64,000 nucleotides of DNA from assembly GCA_000002435.2 (NCBI GenBank), contig CM018793.1, one strand, 5' to 3'. The stretch comes from Giardia intestinalis. Taxonomy: Eukaryota. A model generated the notes under the pieces. It did no database searches. It was given only the letters and a program-made list of their open reading frames with translations, and had not been told where the DNA came from. The position numbers and the translations under genes are program-made. Of this stretch, positions 30,250 through 37,888 are shown in pieces (within the stretch, counting starts at the first letter, position 1; every line of letters begins with the position of its first letter).

Positions 30250-31534
30250 TTCGCCGCCATCCATGCAAGATATTACAGCATGCACGAGTTGGCCCTCCAA
30301 AACTGTAAATCTGGGTATAAGACTCACTCAGCTCGAGTAGAGGAATCATCTACTGAGAGTAATTGTCCCTCGCCTGAAGCGTGTCCAGACGTCTCACGGG
30401 CAGCAAGCCTGGCCCTCTGAGGGTGGGGTGGTTGTAGGTAGCAAGCAGGGACTCTCCTCCACTGGTGCAAAGGGACGACCAGGGGCCCCGTGCGGTCGTC
30501 GGTGCCCGTGCCTCCGTGTCTCGTGCAGCGCAAGCTGGAGATCAGACCAGCCCGGCGACCAGTGCAGAGCCCGACAAGTGCAAGGCGGTGGGCGTGGGTG
30601 TCATCCAGCAATCAGAGGGATACCACAGCGAGAGGACAGGGGCACATACGGACACCACCCACCCGGTCCCCATCAGGAGCCCCCTATCAGTCCTCTTCTA
30701 CCCACTAGCTGGACCGGGACCCAGGGACTGCAACTGTAGGAGCGCTGCCCGGGACACAGCCGGACGGACACCGAGGGGCCCAGCCAACGGGGAGCCCCGA
30801 TGGCAGCAGTTGTGATAAATGGGAGCATCTAAAAGGACAGCGGCCAGAGCCTCACCCACCGTGAAGCGAGGGACCTCTAGCAAACCACACGAGCCTGTGA
30901 GAAGGCCAGGGCTTTAGACGCACACTCTCAGATAGCGCACGTCCCCGCGGAGCAACCGAGGAAGGCAAAAGACTCTGGATACAATACTAGAGAGAAGCCC
31001 CTGTTTGCTGTCTACAACCAACTCTCGCCCTCAGACTGGCCAGGAATTGAACGAGAAGTTATTCGTGAGACTCCTAGATCACGCTCAGATGGGGGCTTAG
31101 CAGCACAGTATAAACGGATATCAGTGTCTAGGGGAGCAGCCTGTTTGGCGTTGGCCGACTTAGTCTTGAGCAGAGCCATCCTCTCTAAGACGACCTGTAT
31201 AAAGAGTGAGAGCAATAGCAAAGCATCAGGATAGTGATCGCCAGTTGGGTGCGGTAGAACACGTGATAGTTACGGGTGTCACATACAAGAAGGCTGTGGG
31301 CACTATGGTAGAGGACAGCACTCAATACTCCAGAGCTGGATGCCACTGCGCCCTAAGTACTGGTAGAGATGCGATCTGACAGTCAGCACTCTCCACTGGG
31401 CACGTATTGGACAGCCTTTTGAGATGGAAGTTGATGATAATCGAGATTGACTGGTAACTCTAAAAACAGAGCTTGTTCACCAGAAGAGTGCGCTGCCACC
31501 AGCAGAGCTTTATCACCATCTGTGTCGCACTATA

Positions 31535-33691
31535 ATGTTGCTGATTGCATTGCACCTTGCGACAAGCATACTCGCGGCGCCTTGCCAGCCAGACGGAGAC
31601 CATGCCGCGAGCTGCCAGACCGACAAGTGCGAGACGGTCGGGTACTCCGAGATCTGCACCGAGTGCAGGGCCGGGGGCGTCCCGGTCGGCGGCTTCTGCT
31701 GGCCCCCCGGCTCCCCCCAGGCCGCGGCGGCCGGGTGCACCAGGGCAGACGGGACCGCGTTGGCGGGCTCGGATACTGCCTGCGGAAAGTGCGGGGACGG
31801 GTACTTCCTCTTCATGGGCGGGTGCTACAAGACGAGCCAGTGGTCTGAGATCTGCACGGCGGCCGACAAGGGGGTGTGCACCACCTGCAAGGCAGACGCT
31901 GTGTATCTATTCCAGAACCCGGCCAGCCCAGTAGCCCCTGGCAACGAGTGCGTGCTTTGCTCAGACGTCACTCCGCGAGACGGAGTCACGGGGGTGGCGG
32001 GCTGCTACACATGCACGGCGCCAGGTGGCGGTACAGGGGCTGCCACGTGCACTGCATGCCAAGGAGGGTACGCTACGAAGGATGGTGCATGTGTGCAATG
32101 CGGACCCGGCTGTTTGACGTGTGAGTCTGCTACGCCGACCCAGTGCACCGCCTGCCTTGGGGGGAAGTTCCTGAAGGGCACTGAGTGTGTAGAGGCTGGT
32201 GGATGTGGTAGTGATAGCTATGCAGACCCAAAAGCAGACGAGTGCAAGGCCTGCGCTACTGACATAGCTGGGTGCGCGGCATGCGAATATAGTGACGCCA
32301 CGGGAAAGCCGAGGTGCACCGATTGTAACGGGAAGCTGGTAAGAACTGCTGCCGACGGGACGACGACGTGCGTGGAAAAGACAGACGACGGCTGCAAAGC
32401 CACCGATAGTGGGCTATTCATGAAAGACGACGCAACAGCGTGTATTCTATGCAGCGACACAGTGACAGAGCAAGAGAAGAAGAACCAGGGCATCGTCGGC
32501 TGTAAGAAGTGCTCGAGGACTGGCGCCACACCGCCGACCTGCACAGAGTGCCTGGAGGGGTACATCAAGAACACCAACAGCGGCTTCACATGTGACGCCT
32601 GTGGCGAGAACTGCGCAACCTGCTCTGAGAAAGCTGACAAGACCAAATGCCAAACCTGCAAGACCGGGTTCTTCTTGAGAGGGGGCACTTCCCCCGGCAC
32701 ATGCGTCCCCTGTGATAACCCGACAGATGGAGTCGATGGGTGTGCAACGTGCACCTTCGCTGGCTCGTTGACCTGCAACTCCTGTAAGCCCAACTATCGC
32801 AAGGAGGGAACCAATCCGGTGAAGTGCACAAAGGCCTGCGAGGACCCCACGGCCTGCGGGGGGACGTCTGGGGCCTGCGGGGCGGTCGTCGTTGACAGCG
32901 CCGGGGCGTTCTCCCAGTACTGCTCGCTGTGCGGAGACCCCGCCACGTTCCCCATCGATGGCGTCTGCACAGGAACTAAGGGTGACAACACCTGTGCCAA
33001 TGGCGTCTGCACCCAGTGTGCTGCCGGGTACTTCCTGTACATGGGCGGCTGCTACAGTACTCAGAAGGCTCCTGGCAGCCACATGTGCAAGACTGCCGAG
33101 GGAGGGAGGTGCACCGCCCCCAGCGAGAACAGCCGGTACTTCCTGGTCCCGGGGGCATCCAATACTGATCAGTCTGTCCTGGCCTGCGAGAACCCCCTTG
33201 GCACAGTGATAGGGGCTGGCAGCACCGCTAAGGCATATGTGGGGGTATATGGCTGCACAGCATGCACGGCCCCAGCAGCGCTAGAGGCTCCTGGCATGGC
33301 CCCTGCCACGTGCACAGCGTGTAGCGGCAATAATAAACCCAACCTGGCTGGGAGCGGGTGCTTCACATGTACCATTGACGGATGCTCGCACTGTGGAGCA
33401 GGCGGCAAGTGCGAGGCCTGTACCAGTAAAGACCAGAGACCGAACACAGACGGAACGAAGTGCATCCCCTGCAGTATCGACGGGTGCGTCAGGTGCAGCG
33501 AGGAGAACAAGTGCGGTCAGTGCGGGGACGACTACAGTCTGGAGGGTGACAAGTGTGTGTCCTCTGGCGCCAACAAGAGTAGCGGGCTCTCCACGGGGGC
33601 CATAGCAGGTATCTCCGTCGCCGTGGTGGTCGTCGTGGCTGGCCTTGTGGGCTTCCTCTGCTGGTGGTTCATATGCAGAGGGAAGGCATGA
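31535..33691 (+). CDS. VSP: Variant-specific surface protein (VSP), right copy, with a canonical signal peptide.
   Basis: Starts MLLIALHLATSILAAP (typical VSP signal peptide). Identical to the left copy from QPDGDHAASCQTDKCETVGY onward. CXXC and GGCY motifs. Ends ...GFLCWWFICRGKA. Confidence 0.9.
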   Translation: MLLIALHLATSILAAPCQPDGDHAASCQTDKCETVGYSEICTECRAGGVPVGGFCWPPGSPQAAAAGCTRADGTALAGSDTACGKCGDGYFLFMGGCYKTSQWSEICTAADKGVCTTCKADAVYLFQNPASPVAPGNECVLCSDVTPRDGVTGVAGCYTCTAPGGGTGAATCTACQGGYATKDGACVQCGPGCLTCESATPTQCTACLGGKFLKGTECVEAGGCGSDSYADPKADECKACATDIAGCAACEYSDATGKPRCTDCNGKLVRTAADGTTTCVEKTDDGCKATDSGLFMKDDATACILCSDTVTEQEKKNQGIVGCKKCSRTGATPPTCTECLEGYIKNTNSGFTCDACGENCATCSEKADKTKCQTCKTGFFLRGGTSPGTCVPCDNPTDGVDGCATCTFAGSLTCNSCKPNYRKEGTNPVKCTKACEDPTACGGTSGACGAVVVDSAGAFSQYCSLCGDPATFPIDGVCTGTKGDNTCANGVCTQCAAGYFLYMGGCYSTQKAPGSHMCKTAEGGRCTAPSENSRYFLVPGASNTDQSVLACENPLGTVIGAGSTAKAYVGVYGCTACTAPAALEAPGMAPATCTACSGNNKPNLAGSGCFTCTIDGCSHCGAGGKCEACTSKDQRPNTDGTKCIPCSIDGCVRCSEENKCGQCGDDYSLEGDKCVSSGANKSSGLSTGAIAGISVAVVVVVAGLVGFLCWWFICRGKA

Positions 33692-33706
33692 CTTAGGTAG
33701 TAAACG
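33690..33706 (+). promoter_or_regulatory. Extended VSP poly(A) signal (right copy).
   Basis: tgACTTAGGTAGTAAAC, overlapping the stop codon at 33689-33691. Confidence 0.7.
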
Positions 33707-34208
33707 CGCCGATGAATCCTGCTCGCGACTTTCTGGGCACCAATTGCGAGGGAGCCCCCTGGTGCGTGATGGGTTCTAGGAATATGGTGAGCACGGGTGA
33801 TCCTGTAGGGCATGCAGCATCAGAAGAGAGCACCAACGTGGCCAGCGCTGGAAGGGCCACTAGACCCTGCATGGCCCGCGTGGATGAGTGGCGGAGGAGC
33901 AGAGGACGCGGGCGAGTGCTGCTAGATGGCCTGTGCACACGTGGAATTGCCATGACTACACAGTCGAGAGAGCTGGCGCAGAGTACTAGTAATGCGTGAT
34001 AGTCGCGAACGGGCCAGGACAGACAGGGACGCCATGCCAGCGCATGCAAGGGCGCTCCACAGTGTATGGGACGACGTGTCTGCTGTCGTGAACACAGATT
34101 CGAGAAGTGAGGCTGGCAGATGCCTGTGCTCTCTTGTAGCCTCTGAGGGTGCGGCCCAATCACTCGTTCAATCCAATCGCTTGGTCTTATTTTTGAAAAT
34201 AAACTGTC

Positions 34209-36806
34209 ATGGCCGACAATGGCAATAACGCATTCAGTCTTTCTGCAGTGACTCCCACCATCCCACCGTTCACCTTTAAGGAGCTCCACGAGCGGCTGAA
34301 TGGCGTGCTAGGAAGAGATGCCACAGGTGTAGTCTACTCCCTCGAAGGTTATCCGAGTCTCGCCGTGAAGGAGATCTTGCTTGAAGGCTTGGATAGGAGC
34401 AGCGTGGATACTATCAAGCTTGAGCTGGCCGCTCTTTTTACCCTCTTTCACCCGGGAGTCATCAAGTACCATCAAGTTGTCGAAGACGAAAGCTTCTTCT
34501 ACGTCGTCACGGACCGGCACGACAAGACCCTTGAGCGCCTCCTCACTGAGCACAAGCGAAGGAAGATCCCCGTGTCTGCCGGCGTGATTCTCTCTGTCAT
34601 GAAACAGCTCACCGCCGCCCTCGCCTACCTCCACAGCGTCAATGGAGCAAACACTAGAGGCCTCGTCCACCGCGACCTCAGGCCTGCCAATATATTTATC
34701 AACGCAGACGGAGAGCGCTTCGTCATCGCCGACTTCGGCCTCTGCAGGGACGCCCTGTGGAGTGGGAGCACTCTCATAGGAATAATGGCATACGTTGCCC
34801 CCGAGGTGCTCCTCCACAACGAGGCCAGCCCTGCCTCCGACGTATGGAGCCTCGGGGTCATCATTTATGAATTAGTAACTCTGAGGAGACCGGACTTCTT
34901 GGGGGGCAAGGAGCCGGCAGAGGTCTTCATCGATGGGTGGAGGCCGGACCTGAGCGGTGTCACTGATGGCTTCATAAAGAGTGTTCTGGAGCGGATATTC
35001 GTATTGGAGCCAGAGAGGAGGCCGACGGCCAGGGAGCTGCACGAGACGCTCGCTACATTCGACATCCCAGTTGGTGAGTTGGGAGGTCAGTGCGTGATGC
35101 TGAAGTATAAGTGCGGATCCTTGGAGGCTGCGCTGAATGGCGCTAACGCCAGGATCGCGCTGCTGGAAGAGGATGTTAAGATTAAATCTACTAAGATCGA
35201 CGCACTTGAAGACCAAAGTAAGGAACATCTAGCTATGATTAAGGCACTGGAGAATAGGCTTGCACAGTTCAGTGACAGGATGAACACGACTGACCCTCAG
35301 TCCAGCCTCTTTTTGCTGCCAAGGCTGATGCGTGCCGCGCATACGAATAGCACGGAGACCGTCTGGATGCTGCTTGAAGAAAGACTCGGCGTTGGTCAGC
35401 GTGACGCACAGGGGATGACGGCCCTCATGCACGCGGCCCAGCAGGGGCACGTTGATCCCGTCGAGTTGCTTGTTGGGGAGGAAAACGGCCTCCAGGACAA
35501 GAACGGCTGGACTGCGCTCATGCACGCCTCATACAACAACCATCCTGAGGTAACCAGGATTCTCATTCTTCACGAGTGTAGAGAGACAAACAAGAATAAT
35601 CAAACTGCTTTGATGATCGCCGCAGAGAAAGGCCATGCAGAAGTTGCATCCCTTCTGGCCTCACATGAAAAGGGTCTGGCTGACAATGAAGGCAAAACTG
35701 CCTTAATGGTTGCCGCACAAAAGGGGAATCTTGAAATGGTAAAAATCCTTCTTGGTCACGAAAAGGGAATAAAGGATAAGCAGAATCACAACGCCTTATA
35801 CTACGCTCTTAAGAATGGACATCCAGAACTCGTTGAGATCCTCGTAGAGCACGACGATCCTACAGATAAAGATGATATCACGGCACTCATGAGGGCAGCA
35901 GCCAGAGGAGATACTGAGATGGTAAAACTGCTTATACCAATCCAGAAAGGAATAAAGGATAGCAGTGGGAACACAGCGTTCGTGCATGCTCTCAATAATG
36001 ACCGTACAGACACTGCTATGATTCTTCGTGAATACGAGGCTTCATCCTGGACCCAACTCATGTGTGCTTCCTTCATTGGAGACATTGAAACAGTCAGGAA
36101 TCAGCTCTCTGACAAGGAAAAGAAGAATGATGATGGCGATACAGCTCTGACGCTTGCTGCACAAGCGGGCTACGAGGACGTCGTAGAGATTCTCAGCCCA
36201 ACAGATGGCAGAGGTACTACGGCTCTTATGCGGGCGGCAGATACAAACGATGTAGAGGTGCTGAAAACACTTATATCTCTTCAAAAAGGACGAAAAGCAG
36301 AATATGTCAAAATAGATAAATGGGAAATATACGAAGGAACAGCACTTATGAGAGCGGCAATATATGGATACACAGAAGCGGTGAGACAGCTAGTAGCTCA
36401 CGAAAGTGGAATGAAAGACAGTGACGGTCAGACTGCTCTCATCCTTGCTGCATATAACGGTCATCTAGAATGTATTAGATTACTCTTGAGTGAGGAGGGG
36501 GGCATGCAGGACAATAAGGGTAGAACTGCTCTCATGGGTGCAGTACGTAATAATCATCCAGAATGTGTCAAGCTACTTCTGGGCAGGGAGGCGGGGATGC
36601 ATGATAAGTACGGCTGGACTGCTCTTATATGGGCAATAGATAATAACAACATAGAGTGTGTAAGACTTCTTGCAGAGAAGGAAGGAGATGTTAGAAGAAC
36701 CCAGTACAATACAGAACCCCATTTAACTTGTGCATGTACAGAGACACCCCTCGACATGGCCAGGAAGAAAGGCTATGAGGAGATAGTGGCCATCCTTACA
36801 AAGTAG
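34209..36806 (+). CDS. NEK: NEK-family protein kinase with ankyrin repeats (right copy, identical to 19445-22042).
   Basis: Identical 865-aa translation. AGTAAAT poly(A) signal at 36813-36819, 7 nt after the TAG stop. Confidence 0.85.
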   Translation: MADNGNNAFSLSAVTPTIPPFTFKELHERLNGVLGRDATGVVYSLEGYPSLAVKEILLEGLDRSSVDTIKLELAALFTLFHPGVIKYHQVVEDESFFYVVTDRHDKTLERLLTEHKRRKIPVSAGVILSVMKQLTAALAYLHSVNGANTRGLVHRDLRPANIFINADGERFVIADFGLCRDALWSGSTLIGIMAYVAPEVLLHNEASPASDVWSLGVIIYELVTLRRPDFLGGKEPAEVFIDGWRPDLSGVTDGFIKSVLERIFVLEPERRPTARELHETLATFDIPVGELGGQCVMLKYKCGSLEAALNGANARIALLEEDVKIKSTKIDALEDQSKEHLAMIKALENRLAQFSDRMNTTDPQSSLFLLPRLMRAAHTNSTETVWMLLEERLGVGQRDAQGMTALMHAAQQGHVDPVELLVGEENGLQDKNGWTALMHASYNNHPEVTRILILHECRETNKNNQTALMIAAEKGHAEVASLLASHEKGLADNEGKTALMVAAQKGNLEMVKILLGHEKGIKDKQNHNALYYALKNGHPELVEILVEHDDPTDKDDITALMRAAARGDTEMVKLLIPIQKGIKDSSGNTAFVHALNNDRTDTAMILREYEASSWTQLMCASFIGDIETVRNQLSDKEKKNDDGDTALTLAAQAGYEDVVEILSPTDGRGTTALMRAADTNDVEVLKTLISLQKGRKAEYVKIDKWEIYEGTALMRAAIYGYTEAVRQLVAHESGMKDSDGQTALILAAYNGHLECIRLLLSEEGGMQDNKGRTALMGAVRNNHPECVKLLLGREAGMHDKYGWTALIWAIDNNNIECVRLLAEKEGDVRRTQYNTEPHLTCACTETPLDMARKKGYEEIVAILTK

Positions 36807-36812
36807 CCCTAT

Positions 36813-36819
36813 AGTAAAT
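36813..36819 (+). promoter_or_regulatory. Giardia poly(A) signal AGTRAAY downstream of the NEK stop.
   Basis: tagccctatAGTAAATgg. The mirror copy is at 19432-19438 on the minus strand. Confidence 0.55.
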
Positions 36820-37450
36820 GGCCAGCCTCTAGTAGTGCGCTTCCAACCACGTGGCAGTTACACTAGCAGGAATCTATAGAGGGCTTGTTCTGGATGTTAC
36901 TAGCTTGATGAGTGTGTGATTATTGAGTTGGACGCCAGTGGACTACTAGTACAACTATAATAGAGACCCAGAGGGGGAGGACGACAGCCATTCCAGAGCA
37001 GGAGATTTCGAGCATCCTCCGATGTCCTATGTATCTGTGCTTCCTGGCCGGTATCGGATGGCCGGCTTACTGGGACGTTGGAGGGATCGGTGATCCTGAC
37101 AGTATCAGCAGAACAGGCGAGCTGGCGGGGATGTTCTGTTCAGTACGTGTAGCCACGAGTGCTAATCCAGGGGTGCACAGCGGGATGTGCGGCCGTTCAG
37201 ACGGAGCCGTAGCTCTGCTCCATTGGCGTAGCCTACAATGTGCACTAGCGTAGGTATATCCCGCCAGTGAGCTTGGAAGCCGCCCCTTCATTGGATAAGC
37301 AGCCCAGAGCCCCTCAGTCACAACGCCTTCTTGTTCCAATGATGTGGTGTGTTGTACGGCAGAAAGCCACCGGTGTGGACTCGGAAGTAGTCCCAGCCAA
37401 GATAGGCTCTATTCTGTGCACGGTGAAGTCCGGCTGCTTTACACCCCAGG

Positions 37451-37750
37451 TTGGGGGTAGCAAAAAATCCCCCACTGTTGTGGGCAAAGAGCCAGCCCCC
37501 GGCAACTGAGGACATTTCCCTGAACATGGATCCCTGTCTTTCTGCGCTGAAAAGGACGCCGCCGTCGTTAACTGCAGAGACGCTCACGACGCTGGTACGG
37601 GCCTCGGATGACCCCGACGTAATCTCCGCCCTGTCGTCCCCTGCTGTCATCGATGCCCTGTCTGCAAAGGCCAGGTCCACGCCAGAGCGGGAGGAGGAGC
37701 TCACGGAGGTTCTCCTCTCGCAGCAAGTCTTTCTGGCTGCCATGGATTGA
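37451..37750 (+). pseudogene. Truncated duplicate (97 codons) of the 5' end of gene 17619-18800, created by the repeat boundary.
   Basis: The translation is identical to the left-arm gene through ...LSQQVFLAA, then diverges at 37741 and terminates after MD*. Confidence 0.6.
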
Positions 37751-37888
37751 GTGCAGAAGAACCTGAACTGCGGCCATTAAAAATAGTTAGCGGAGAAGAT
37801 TACTTTGTTCAGTGCAACATCTTGTTCAGTTTATTCAGCCTTCTATCGTAGTTGTATTTCTCCCGCAAAATGCCCATAGATTCACAGA

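Larger units (their letters stand above)
31585..37740. repeat. Right arm (6,156 bp) of the large inverted repeat.
   Basis: Mirror image of 18511-24666 (coordinate sums 56251). Apparently identical across every translated frame. Confidence 0.9.

Noticed and set aside
31447-31848. 133-aa ORF overlapping the 5' end of the right VSP (and its twin 24403-24708).
   Set aside because: It is an alternative frame of the VSP 5' region. The VSP frame has the signal peptide, CXXC periodicity and continues for 2 kb.
18511-37740. Interpreting the inverted repeat as a transposon with terminal inverted repeats, or as a prokaryotic-style mobile element.
   Set aside because: The arms are 6 kb and carry ordinary host genes (VSP, NEK), not transposase. 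There are no target-site duplications or short TIRs, and the boundaries decay gradually inside coding regions. This fits segmental inversion-duplication or gene conversion better than a mobile element.
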